Origin: an uncultured Candidatus Izemoplasmatales bacterium | Lineage (GTDB): Bacteria > Bacillota_I > Bacilli_A > Izemoplasmatales > Hujiaoplasmataceae | Assembly (NCBI GenBank): GCA_964535005.1 | Contig: CAZHSG010000005.1 | Coordinates: 5,647 to 69,646, forward strand | Length of the DNA stretch: 64,000 nucleotides | Reading direction: 5' to 3' | In this document: positions 41,092 to 50,421 of the stretch, in pieces | Layout of the letters: every line of letters starts with the position of its first letter | Numbering within the stretch: the stretch's first letter is position 1 | Translations under genes and position numbers: made by a program | Notes under the pieces: model-generated | Databases searched by the model: none | Told to the model about the DNA's origin: nothing | What the model saw: the letters and a program-made list of their open reading frames with translations, nothing else

Positions 41092-41583
41092 CTAATTAGT
41101 TTCAGGTATTTTTTTGTTTTCTTTTAAATAATCAGTAACATATTTCATCGCTTTTTTTTCAACTGAATCCTTACGGTATTTTTTTTCTAGTTTTTCAATG
41201 TTGTATATTTCATCTTCTCCGTTTTCGTAAATACGATATGCCTTTTTTAAATCTTCTTGAAACTTAGTATTATTTTGTAATTTTCTGTACTCTTCCACTA
41301 AGAACTCTTTTCCATCTCTCATTTCTTTACTGATGTCTTCTAAGAATTTCGCTTCATAATTTACTTTGTGTTTCTTCTTTGAAAACTTATCAATTAAAGC
41401 GTCACTCCCCCAGTAAAAAATTGTAAATATAAATGGCATGAACCACAGTGTGTATACATCACTTACAGCAGCATCATTCGCAAATATCATATACAAAGAA
41501 TATCCAGCTACTATTACAACTGAAAATAAAAAGATATAAAGATAAAATTTTAATGGTTTTTTTTGTCTTCTCATAATTATCAC
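41092..41583 (-). CDS. Hypothetical membrane protein (2 TM)
   Basis: 163-aa ORF divergent from mnmE. Confidence 0.7.
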   Translation of the reverse strand: MIIMRRQKKPLKFYLYIFLFSVVIVAGYSLYMIFANDAAVSDVYTLWFMPFIFTIFYWGSDALIDKFSKKKHKVNYEAKFLEDISKEMRDGKEFLVEEYRKLQNNTKFQEDLKKAYRIYENGEDEIYNIEKLEKKYRKDSVEKKAMKYVTDYLKENKKIPETN

Positions 41584-41643
41584 CTAAAAACATTATACAA
41601 TATTTTAGCCATAATATGTTAAAATATTAGTGGTGATGTAAAA

Positions 41644-42993
41644 ATGTTATTCGATACTATAGTCGCAAAAACGACAGCAAATGGAATTAGTGCAGTTAAT
41701 ATCATTAGGGTTTCTGGCGATGAAACCTTTGCTATTGTAAACAAAGTGTTTAAAGGCGCTAATTTAGAACAATCAGAATCACATACTATTAAATATGGCT
41801 ATATTCATGATGATGGAAAAATCATTGATGAGGTAATGGTCTTTTTGTTTAGGGCTCCTAGATCATTTACTTCAGAGGATGTAATTGAAATATCTACACA
41901 TGGTGGAAACTTTATAGCTAATGAAGTTACTAAGTTATTAATTAAGAACGGTGCTAGATTAGCGGAAAACGGAGAGTTCACAAAAAGAGCTTATCTTAAC
42001 GGCAGATTAGATCTAACCGAAGCTGAAAGTATCATGGATATAGTTAATGCTAAAACACATAGTCAGTTAAGTTTAGCTAACAAACAATTAAGAGGAGACA
42101 TTCATAAACTGGTAGATGACTTACAAGCTAAAGTAATGGATATTATCGCTAATATTGAAGTGAATATCGATTACCCAGAATATGATGATGTAGTTGAATT
42201 AACCAATGATATCATCATGCCAAAAGTTCAAATATTAATTAAAGATATATCACATATATTAAAAGAATCAGCAACGGGTCAAATAATTAGAGATGGAATA
42301 AAAACGATAATCATTGGTAAGCCTAACGTTGGTAAATCAAGCCTACTAAATTCTTTGCTAAAAGAAGATAAAGCTATTGTCACAGATATATCAGGAACTA
42401 CTAGAGACTTAATTGAAGCTGAATTAAATCTTGATGGTATTATACTTAAGTTAATCGATACCGCAGGGATAAGAGAAACTGAAGATGTTGTAGAAAAAAT
42501 TGGAATTGAAAGAACCATAAAAGCCATTGAAAAATCTAGCTTGGTATTATTAGTTTTAGACCAATCGAATCACTTGACTGATTTAGATGAAACATTATTA
42601 AAACTAACCGATAACAAAACTAGAATTTTGATTGGAAATAAAATTGATTTAGGAAATAAAATCGATATTCAAAATGAGAATATAATTAATATTTCAGCAA
42701 AAAAAAATCAAGGGCTAGATACCCTTGCTCAGGAAGTAAAAACTTTGTTTATTGACGAAACAATTATTGCCGAAGACTACACTGTATTATCCAACACAAG
42801 ACACATTGGAAAACTAGAACAAACCAAACAAGCTTTGGAAGATGCAATGGTGGCTTGTCAAAATTTAATGCCAGTAGATTTAGTGGAAATTGATTTAAGA
42901 AAAGCTTGGTCTTCATTGGGTGAAATTACTGGACAAAGTACATCCGATGATTTGATAACTACATTATTCACTAAGTTCTGTTTAGGAAAATGA
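41644..42993 (+). CDS. mnmE: tRNA modification GTPase MnmE
   Basis: GKPNVGKSSLLN, GTTRD, DTAGIR, NKID, C-terminal FCLGK followed by TGA. Confidence 0.98.
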   Translation: MLFDTIVAKTTANGISAVNIIRVSGDETFAIVNKVFKGANLEQSESHTIKYGYIHDDGKIIDEVMVFLFRAPRSFTSEDVIEISTHGGNFIANEVTKLLIKNGARLAENGEFTKRAYLNGRLDLTEAESIMDIVNAKTHSQLSLANKQLRGDIHKLVDDLQAKVMDIIANIEVNIDYPEYDDVVELTNDIIMPKVQILIKDISHILKESATGQIIRDGIKTIIIGKPNVGKSSLLNSLLKEDKAIVTDISGTTRDLIEAELNLDGIILKLIDTAGIRETEDVVEKIGIERTIKAIEKSSLVLLVLDQSNHLTDLDETLLKLTDNKTRILIGNKIDLGNKIDIQNENIINISAKKNQGLDTLAQEVKTLFIDETIIAEDYTVLSNTRHIGKLEQTKQALEDAMVACQNLMPVDLVEIDLRKAWSSLGEITGQSTSDDLITTLFTKFCLGK

Positions 42994-43009
42994 TGTTTCA
43001 TGTGAAACC
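42994..43009. other. parS-like site
   Basis: TGTTTCATGTGAAACC matches 14/16 positions of the parS consensus TGTTTCACGTGAAACA. Confidence 0.7.
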
Positions 43010-43019
43010 TTATATATTA

Positions 43020-43047
43020 AAGGCGCTCGTTTAGAGGCGCCTTTTTT
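43020..43047 (+). terminator. Terminator between convergent mnmE and ttcA
   Basis: AAGGCGC...GCGCCTT hairpin with a T-run. Confidence 0.75.
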
Positions 43048-43048
43048 G

Positions 43049-43864
43049 TTAATATTCATCTAAAAAGCTTGTTTTTTTAGTGCGGTCATAATATCCGAGT
43101 ACAGAATCTAGGTTAATATTCTGAGCTGATCTAAAAATGTTTATATCAATATTCTCATAAACATTTCTCAAATCATTCACCAACAGTTTCATTTCTTTCC
43201 TTTTTGATTCTTCATTTCGGTCTTGAAATTCACAACCCTTTGATACAAAACTAATGTCATGATACTTAACAAATTTTTCAACATCTTGTTCCTTTATTAA
43301 ATACATAGGTCTAATTAACTCGAGTCCTTCAAAATTTTTTGATCTCGCTTTTGGCAACATCGTTTTGAATGTTCCCGAATAGAACATATTCATTAACGTT
43401 GTTTCAATAACATCGTCAAAATGATGTCCTAGAGCTAACTTGTTACAACCAAAATCTTTTGCTTGCTGATAAAGAAATCCCCTTCTCATTCTAGCGCATA
43501 AAAAGCAAGGAGATTTAGGGTCCATTTTATTCGCTATTTCATATACTTGTGATTTTATAATTTCTGTATGTATTCCTATTTTTTCACAATTTTTTATATG
43601 ATTATCTAAGAACTCTTTTGAAAAACCAGAGTTCATCGTAACATATACAACCTCTATGTTATTATTAAAATGTAGTTTATATTCTTCAAAAAGCGCTGCT
43701 AATAGTAAAGAATCCTTTCCTCCACTCAACGCAACACAAATTTTATCGCCTTTTTCAATTAATTTATACTCATCTATACCCCTTAACAACTTAGCTAATA
43801 GAGTTCCTTTAAATCTTTTACTTAAAGATTTAGAGACATTTGCAGAGTACCTTTTGTCTTTCAT
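43049..43864 (-). CDS. ttcA: tRNA 2-thiocytidine biosynthesis TtcA family (PP-loop) protein
   Basis: SGGKDS, PCFLCARMRRG, ALGHHFDD, LIRPM. Confidence 0.9.
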   Translation of the reverse strand: MKDKRYSANVSKSLSKRFKGTLLAKLLRGIDEYKLIEKGDKICVALSGGKDSLLLAALFEEYKLHFNNNIEVVYVTMNSGFSKEFLDNHIKNCEKIGIHTEIIKSQVYEIANKMDPKSPCFLCARMRRGFLYQQAKDFGCNKLALGHHFDDVIETTLMNMFYSGTFKTMLPKARSKNFEGLELIRPMYLIKEQDVEKFVKYHDISFVSKGCEFQDRNEESKRKEMKLLVNDLRNVYENIDINIFRSAQNINLDSVLGYYDRTKKTSFLDEY

Positions 43865-43946
43865 ATTATCACCCTATTTCTATTATACACTAAGTTGATT
43901 AAAACAGAAATAATTTAAAATAATATAAAATAATTACTGGTATCTA

Positions 43947-43975
43947 TTGATAATTGACAAATTATATGTTATAAT
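43947..43975 (+). promoter_or_regulatory. Sigma-A type promoter of the 44016-46533 cluster
   Basis: TTGATA -17 bp- TATAAT with an extended TG. Confidence 0.65.
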
Positions 43976-44015
43976 GCGTAATATCTTAAAACTGTATTAT
44001 AATGGAGGTTGACGT

Positions 44016-44402
44016 ATGAGTAATTTTGTTTGGGCATCCAAAAAACCGTTAGATGAATTGGCTACTTTGTATGAAGCAAATATTACATTGAACAAATCAG
44101 CTACAGCTTATTTTGAGAATGCCTATATTGTTTTACTAGGATTAGATAGAGATAAAAAGATGATCGCTATCAAGCCTATATCAAAAGAGGAAATAACATT
44201 GGGTTATATTCCCCAAGAACAACAACACAATATTACAGTAAAATCTAGTTATTCTAGAATCTGTAATAAACTATTCCTTAAAGAAGTATCAAAATTAATT
44301 GGTTTGGAATTTCAAGATCATCATCAAGCCTATAAATTTAAAGCTAGTTGGAATAAACAAGAAAATGCATTAATTATTGATTTAAACAGGAAAGAGGTGT
44401 AA
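44016..44402 (+). CDS. Hypothetical protein
   Basis: 128 aa, RBS GGAGG, first gene of the nfeD-RDD-SPFH cluster. Confidence 0.75.
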   Translation: MSNFVWASKKPLDELATLYEANITLNKSATAYFENAYIVLLGLDRDKKMIAIKPISKEEITLGYIPQEQQHNITVKSSYSRICNKLFLKEVSKLIGLEFQDHHQAYKFKASWNKQENALIIDLNRKEV

Positions 44403-44406
44403 TGTT

Positions 44407-44850
44407 ATGTTTCTAGCTATGGAATTTGGAACAATAATGATACTAGTGTGGTTTGGGATAATCCTCTTAGCCGCAGTCATTGAAGCCGGAACTATGGATT
44501 TATCCAGCATTTGGTTCTCTGCCGGAGCATTATTTGCTTTGCTGGTAGCTGTTTTTACAGATAATGTAGTAGCACAAGTAATCGTATTTATTGTTGTGTC
44601 TGTACTATTATTACTTATATTACGTCCCGTGTTTATAGAACATATGCGTAAAAATAAGATTAAAACAAATGCCGATGCTCTAATAGGAAAAATCGCTGTT
44701 TGCTCAAAAGCAATTGTTAATGGAGCTCGCGGTGAAGTAAAAATTGAAGGTAAAATTTGGACAGCTATATCTAATGAAGATGTAGAAGCAGAGGCAAAAG
44801 TAACTGTTCTTGCTATTAAAGGTGTCAAATTAGTCGTTAGGAAAAACTAA
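44407..44850 (+). CDS. NfeD family membrane protein (short form)
   Basis: N-terminal TMs; TNADALIGK, GEVKIEGKIWTA, I.GVKLVV OB domain. Confidence 0.92.
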   Translation: MFLAMEFGTIMILVWFGIILLAAVIEAGTMDLSSIWFSAGALFALLVAVFTDNVVAQVIVFIVVSVLLLLILRPVFIEHMRKNKIKTNADALIGKIAVCSKAIVNGARGEVKIEGKIWTAISNEDVEAEAKVTVLAIKGVKLVVRKN

Positions 44851-45533
44851 TGTCGGCTAGTTTCTTTAAAAGACTTGGTTCTTCAATCATTGATTTTATT
44901 ATTGTAATTATGGTAGTTTATTTTGCATTTGTTGTTGGCGGAAAATCTTTACTACAAAATAGAGTTGATAATTTTGATGAAATTTATGGTGCTTACAATC
45001 AAATTTTAACAGCGTATAATAATGATTTACAAAATCTACAAACTGAATATGATGCAAATATGGAATTAGCTAATGGCGACGGAGCTTTAGAAACTATCGC
45101 TCAAGAAGATTACACTGCTAAATCTAATATTTTGAAGCAACAAAACACAATTGACATTGAACCATTCAACGAACCGCTAACTCAGTATTATTTAGAAATT
45201 ATATATTTCTTTGCATTTGGGTTTATCGCCCTACTAACATTACTAGTTATGTTTACTACAGGAAAAACTCCAGGAAGACGAATACTGAAAATTAATCTTA
45301 TGGCGGAAACTAATGGAGAATTTACTAATCCAAATATTATTCAAGTATTTTTCCATGATGTCGTCTTAAAATATTTCTTTATCATCGTAGTATTTGCTAT
45401 GAGCATGTATTATGGATTTATATTTATACTTATTGCATTCATAGTTGATATGGTATTGATCTCATTTACAAGAAAGAAATTTACAATACGTGATTTTTCC
45501 CTAAGATTAAGAGTTGTTAACGCTGGTCGTTAA
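44850..45533 (+). CDS. RDD family membrane protein
   Basis: ASFFKRLGSSIIDF, GKTPGRRILKI, TIRD motifs. Confidence 0.85.
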   Translation: MSASFFKRLGSSIIDFIIVIMVVYFAFVVGGKSLLQNRVDNFDEIYGAYNQILTAYNNDLQNLQTEYDANMELANGDGALETIAQEDYTAKSNILKQQNTIDIEPFNEPLTQYYLEIIYFFAFGFIALLTLLVMFTTGKTPGRRILKINLMAETNGEFTNPNIIQVFFHDVVLKYFFIIVVFAMSMYYGFIFILIAFIVDMVLISFTRKKFTIRDFSLRLRVVNAGR

Positions 45534-45573
45534 TATTTAAAAAATATATAAAAATATAAAAGGAGGATTTATT

Positions 45574-46533
45574 ATGTTTACACCGCTATTCTTAGCTACT
45601 AATAATGTAGCGCTAATAGTTATTATCGCTTTAATAGTTATTATACTTATTTATTTAGGTACAAGAATTAAAATTGTCCCACAAGCAACTGAATATATAA
45701 TTGAAAAATTGGGGCAATATTATGTAACATGGTCAGCTGGCTTACATTTCTTATGGCCATTTTTCGACAGAATCAAAAAAACTTACAATGCTAGAGGTAG
45801 AGTAACAGATGTTATTACACTTAAAGAGCAAGTGTTAGATTTCCCTCCTCAAGCAGTTATTACAAAAGATAACGTTACAATGCAAATTGACACAGTACTT
45901 TTCTTACAAATTACTGATGCAAAACAATATGTATATGGAGCTGAAAATCCAGGATTCTTAATCGAACAATTAACAGCTACTACACTTCGTAATATTATCG
46001 GGGAATTAGAATTAGACCAAACATTGACTTCAAGAGACTTGATTAACGAGAGAATGAGAATTATCTTAGATGAAGCAACTGACCCATGGGGTATTAAAAT
46101 CAACCGTGTTGAACTTAAAAATATTATCCCACCTAAGGAAATTCGTGAAGCAATGGAAAAACAAATGCGTGCAGAACGTGGACGTAGAGAAGCAATTCTT
46201 ATCGCTGAAGGTACAAAAGCTGCTGCTATCCTAACTGCTGAAGGTAGTAAAGAAGCTGCTATTAGAGAAGCTGAAGGTAAAAAACAAGCTGCTATTAGAG
46301 AAGCTGAAGGTCGCTCACAAGCAATCTTACTTGTACAAACTGCAACTGCAAAAGGTATTGAATTGATTAAAGGTGCTAAAGCAGATCAAGCTGTATTACA
46401 ACTTGAAGCTTACAAAGCAATGATTAAAGTTGCTGATGGTCAATCTACTAAAATCATCATTCCTAGTGATTTACAAGGTCTTGTTGGTATAGCTACAGGA
46501 GTAGTAGAATCATTAAAATCACCTAAAAAATAA
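45574..46533 (+). CDS. SPFH/band 7 (paraslipin/QmcA-like) protein
   Basis: VITKDNV, TTLRNIIGELELDQTLTSR, DPWGIKINRVE, AMEKQMRAER, AEG repeats. Confidence 0.95.
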   Translation: MFTPLFLATNNVALIVIIALIVIILIYLGTRIKIVPQATEYIIEKLGQYYVTWSAGLHFLWPFFDRIKKTYNARGRVTDVITLKEQVLDFPPQAVITKDNVTMQIDTVLFLQITDAKQYVYGAENPGFLIEQLTATTLRNIIGELELDQTLTSRDLINERMRIILDEATDPWGIKINRVELKNIIPPKEIREAMEKQMRAERGRREAILIAEGTKAAAILTAEGSKEAAIREAEGKKQAAIREAEGRSQAILLVQTATAKGIELIKGAKADQAVLQLEAYKAMIKVADGQSTKIIIPSDLQGLVGIATGVVESLKSPKK

Positions 46534-46548
46534 AGAATAGAAACAAAC

Positions 46549-46577
46549 AAAAAAGCTGAGGATTCTCAGCTTTTTTT
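46549..46577. terminator. Bidirectional terminator
   Basis: AAAAAAGCTGAG-gatt-CTCAGCTTTTTT. Confidence 0.85.
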
Positions 46578-48037
46578 TATTTTATAATTTGAAACTCTTC
46601 TAATATAAACACGCCAGTTGGAACGATGCTTAGATAAGTTTCCTTCTCAACCGCATATGATACAACCTTGATAGAATGTTCGGAAATTGTAATCATTGGT
46701 ATTACTGGATATTCACCAGCGAACGCATAATTAACTTTGATTCCAGATTCCATATCACCGCCGTAAAATTTAGTAGACACTGTATTAGATGTTAGGTAAG
46801 TAACTCCTAATGAACTTGAATAATTGTTAAAATGCAAGTCAACTTCTGAATCTTCAATCAAGCTAATAGTTCCTATTGTATAATTATTTGAACGAGAAAA
46901 GCCGACTAATAATCCGTTTTCATATACCGCCCTTGAATATTGGTGGTCATGACCGGAAAGTACCAAGTCTACGCCACATTCCTCTAATATATGTGGTAAA
47001 TTTACTCTAACAGTAACTGTATCATAAGATAAGCTATAAGGACCTCGATGAAGCAAAACAATTTTCCATTTTGCATCTGAATTATTTAAGTCATTCTCGA
47101 CCCAATCATTTAAGATTTGAACGTTGTCCTCGTCGAATCCTAGACATGATGTTGTGCCATCACAATACACCTCTGTATTTATTACGGTTATATGTGCTTC
47201 ACCATAGTCAAAACTATAGGTTTTTCCGTTATCGAAATTTGTATCTCTGATATCACCAACTAATCCATCAAACTCACTGTAAGTTGGCCCGTTGTTTGGT
47301 AGATTCATATATCCATCAAATTCCATCGAGTTAACACAACTACTACTTACTAGAGGCATCTCTTGATCACCAATCGTCGCCGCCATTGGCACACTATAAG
47401 AGAATATTGACGAATATTTAAAGAACATATTCCATTGGGATTTAATATCATGATCGTTAATTACATCTCCTGGTAACATTACCAAATCAAATTCTGCTTC
47501 AGAATACTCCATAACAGATAGCATTGCGTGAGCGTAGGCCATATAACCTGTTTCTGCATTTTCTTGCGGATCAGCAAGATACATAATTGTATGTGAATCA
47601 GCTTCATCATTATAGGTTGTGAAGGTGTGATATTCGCTAGTTTCAGTGTTATCTTCATTAGCTACACGATATTCATAGGTAGTATTAGGAGACAATTCTT
47701 CTAAAACAACTTCAAATAAGTATGCTGAGACACTTCCAAATTCACGAATTTTTTTACCAGCTTTAGCTCTGATATATTGATTATCACCTAATAATGTATA
47801 TTCAACATATCCATTTGTATCATCTGGCATTTCAAAATTAACACCAATTGATGTTGATAAATCTTCCGTGACAAATAAGCCGATACTATATGGGTTGGTT
47901 AAACTTCCCACATAATCGCTCATTGTTTGTGAAATTAATTCTCCTGTTTCTGTATTTGAAGCTTCTGCGGTACCACCTGAGCAAGCAGCCAAGGTCATCA
48001 CTAGCAACAAACTAAATACAGCAATTAGTTTTTTCAT
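46577..48037 (-). CDS. Purple-acid-phosphatase-like metallophosphoesterase lipoprotein with FN3-like domain (start refined to ATG 48037)
   Basis: Lipobox LAAC; L.PNTTYEYRV; ADPQ, GDVIN, GDQE (variant), LLHRGPY, SGHDH. Confidence 0.88.
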   Translation of the reverse strand: MKKLIAVFSLLLVMTLAACSGGTAEASNTETGELISQTMSDYVGSLTNPYSIGLFVTEDLSTSIGVNFEMPDDTNGYVEYTLLGDNQYIRAKAGKKIREFGSVSAYLFEVVLEELSPNTTYEYRVANEDNTETSEYHTFTTYNDEADSHTIMYLADPQENAETGYMAYAHAMLSVMEYSEAEFDLVMLPGDVINDHDIKSQWNMFFKYSSIFSYSVPMAATIGDQEMPLVSSSCVNSMEFDGYMNLPNNGPTYSEFDGLVGDIRDTNFDNGKTYSFDYGEAHITVINTEVYCDGTTSCLGFDEDNVQILNDWVENDLNNSDAKWKIVLLHRGPYSLSYDTVTVRVNLPHILEECGVDLVLSGHDHQYSRAVYENGLLVGFSRSNNYTIGTISLIEDSEVDLHFNNYSSSLGVTYLTSNTVSTKFYGGDMESGIKVNYAFAGEYPVIPMITISEHSIKVVSYAVEKETYLSIVPTGVFILEEFQIIK

Positions 48038-48053
48038 ATATATCTTCCTTTTT

Positions 48054-49427
48054 TTAAAATTCGCAATTTCTAGGGGTTCTTGGAAATGGTAATACATCTC
48101 TAATATTATCAATACCCGTTACATACATAACCATTCTTTCTAATCCCATTCCAAATCCGGCATGTTTACATCCACCGTATTTTCTTAGGTCTTTGTACCA
48201 CCATAAATCTTCATCGTTTATACCGAATTCTTTGATTCTTTTTTCAAGGAAATCTAATCTTTCTTCTCTTTGAGATCCTCCAAGTAATTCACCAGCTCTT
48301 GGAACTAGAAGATCCATTGCAGCTACTGTTTCTTTATCGTCATTTAATCTCATATAAAATGCTTTAATGTCTTTTGGCCAATCAATTATAAATACTGGAC
48401 CATTAAAATACTTGGTTAGATATTTTTCGTGTTCAGTAGCTAAATCTTTTCCCTGTTCAGGTTTATTTTCGAATTGATCTGCAACTTTTATAAGTATTTC
48501 TATCGCTTCCTTATGGGTAGCGATTTTAAATTTGCTTTTTTGTACTTTTTTAAGTTTTTCAATAAGTCCTTTTTCTACAAACTTGTTGAAAAATTGAATT
48601 TCAGAAGGACATCTGTCAAAAACATCTTGGATAATATATTTTATCATATTTTCAGCTAATTTCATATCATCACTCAAATCAGCAAAAGCAATTTCTGGTT
48701 CGATCATCCAAAATTCAGAAGCGTGTATCTTAGTATTTGAGTTTTCAGCTCTGAAAGTTGGTCCAAATGTATAAACATCTTTGAAAGCAAGAGCATATGC
48801 TTCAGCTTGTAGTTGTCCACTTACACTTAGATTAGCTTTTTTTGTAAAAAAGTCCTTTGTATAGTCTATTTTTTCTTGCTTTTCAATATCTAAAGTTGTA
48901 ACTTGGAACATTTCTCCGGCACCTTCAGCATCAGAAGTTGTGATTAACGGTGTATGCACATAAATAAAATTTTCATCTTGGAAAAATTTATGAATTGCAT
49001 GAGATACAACAGACCTTACTCTAAATACTGCATTAAATAGGTTAGTACGGACTCTTAGATGTGCGTTTTCTCTTAGAAATTCTCTAGAATGTCTTTTAGG
49101 TTGAATTGGATAGTCTTCTTGACTATCCCCAATCAAATTAATGCTTGTTGCTTTAATTTCAAATGGTTGCTTTGAATTTGGTGTTAAAACTACCTTACCT
49201 TGAATTTCTATTGATGAGCCTACACGATACTTTGATACATCTTTATAGTTATCAATTAATTCGTTTTCATATACTATCTGTAAAGTTTCAAAACATGTAC
49301 CATCATTTAGGTCGATAAACCCAAATGCTTTTTGATCTCGGTTATTTCTAACCCAGCCTTTGATTTTTACTAACTTGTCTTCAAAGTCTTTAGCTACTTT
49401 GAACAGTTTTTTAATTGTTATTTCCAC
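48054..49427 (-). CDS. asnS: Asparagine--tRNA ligase
   Basis: DAEGAGEMF, LSVSGQL, FGPTFRAENSNT..H..EFWMIEPE, GGSQREER, GFGMGLER; upstream Asn T-box. Confidence 0.97.
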   Translation of the reverse strand: MEITIKKLFKVAKDFEDKLVKIKGWVRNNRDQKAFGFIDLNDGTCFETLQIVYENELIDNYKDVSKYRVGSSIEIQGKVVLTPNSKQPFEIKATSINLIGDSQEDYPIQPKRHSREFLRENAHLRVRTNLFNAVFRVRSVVSHAIHKFFQDENFIYVHTPLITTSDAEGAGEMFQVTTLDIEKQEKIDYTKDFFTKKANLSVSGQLQAEAYALAFKDVYTFGPTFRAENSNTKIHASEFWMIEPEIAFADLSDDMKLAENMIKYIIQDVFDRCPSEIQFFNKFVEKGLIEKLKKVQKSKFKIATHKEAIEILIKVADQFENKPEQGKDLATEHEKYLTKYFNGPVFIIDWPKDIKAFYMRLNDDKETVAAMDLLVPRAGELLGGSQREERLDFLEKRIKEFGINDEDLWWYKDLRKYGGCKHAGFGMGLERMVMYVTGIDNIRDVLPFPRTPRNCEF

Positions 49428-50116
49428 GTGAAATCCCCCCTTAATATTGCTTTTCGTTTATCTTCTTGGTAATGCTCAATAGCATACCTTAATGTTGTTC
49501 TTGGCATATCGTTATAATTTGTATAAATATACTCAGTTAATGTATCCTGATCTTTGTCACCTAAATTTCTTAACATCCATCCATTTGCTTTGTGAATTAA
49601 ATCATGAGTATCTTTTAAAAGAATATCAACTATATCCAAAGTTACACTCAATTCATTATTTCTAATCAAATAGTTTGTTGCGACAATACCTATTCTTTTA
49701 ATCCATAAATTATCAGATTCAGCGAATTCATAAAGTAATGAATAATCACTAATATTGTATAAATACCTTCCTAAAACTAAATAAGCTGATACATCTACTA
49801 AATCCCAATTATTTATATATTTTATATTTTCGAGATAGTACTCAACTATTACTTTTTGGTCTTCTAAATTTGCTTTTTTGATTTGATCAGTCAAGATTAT
49901 CAATGCTAACAGTCTATATTCGTGTATTTCAGAAGATATCAATTGGTTAAGTTCTTTAGTATTAATGGTTTTATAATATTTTTTTGATATTTTTCTTAAT
50001 GTCGGAGCAGAGATACCTATATAGTAATCTACAACCCCTTCTTCGTATTGTTTATGATATCTTGATGATTCTATTGGTTTTTTATATTTATGAAGTTGTT
50101 TTAATTCTTCAAACAA
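49418..50116 (-). CDS. DNA alkylation repair protein (AlkD-like); TTG start at 50116 after a GGAGGG RBS
   Basis: HEYRLLAL, INNWDLVD, LWIKR, DLIHKANGWMLR, MPRTTLRYAIEH. Confidence 0.9.
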   Translation of the reverse strand: MFEELKQLHKYKKPIESSRYHKQYEEGVVDYYIGISAPTLRKISKKYYKTINTKELNQLISSEIHEYRLLALIILTDQIKKANLEDQKVIVEYYLENIKYINNWDLVDVSAYLVLGRYLYNISDYSLLYEFAESDNLWIKRIGIVATNYLIRNNELSVTLDIVDILLKDTHDLIHKANGWMLRNLGDKDQDTLTEYIYTNYNDMPRTTLRYAIEHYQEDKRKAILRGDFTWK

Positions 50117-50137
50117 TTTAATCCCCTCCAATGTATT

Positions 50138-50348
50138 AAAAAACGCCCTTAAATAAAGGACGAATATTTCCGTGGTACCACCTTAGTTCCGCATAACGGC
50201 TCTTGAAATCTTTAACGCAGATTTTACGTACAGGTCTACTTAATTTCTTCTGTCTCTCACGGTGTTATTCGGATATTTTTTGTATAAGGCTTCCACCAAC
50301 CCTTAATCGCTTTAACAAAAGTTGTATCCTACTTCTCCGCTCTTTGAT
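50138..50348 (-). ncRNA. T-box riboswitch, Asn specifier (AAC)
   Basis: Minus strand: AGTAG, AGCGA, GGTGGAA stem I elements; specifier loop GAAT-AAC-A (AAC at 50264-50266); T-box AAGGTGGTACCACG (50171-50184); terminator CGTCCTTTA-tt-TAAGGGCG-TTTTTT; promoter TATAAT at 50356-50361. Confidence 0.92.
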
Positions 50349-50389
50349 TTATCTTATTATAACATAATAAGCATTTTTGTAAACAAGGC

Positions 50390-50421
50390 AAAAAAAAATC
50401 CCTGGTTTTCCAGGGAATTTT
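50390..50421 (-). terminator. Intrinsic terminator of prs
   Basis: TCCCTGG-tttt-CCAGGGA hairpin flanked by A and T runs. Confidence 0.8.

Noticed and set aside
42991-42993. UGA=Trp recoding (genetic code 4)
   Set aside because: TGA ends mnmE exactly after the conserved FCLGK and also ends tyrA and the SNase gene; conserved Trp residues are read without recoding
46200-46312. 33-bp repeat in the SPFH gene
   Set aside because: Ordinary AEG-containing coiled-coil repeat of this family
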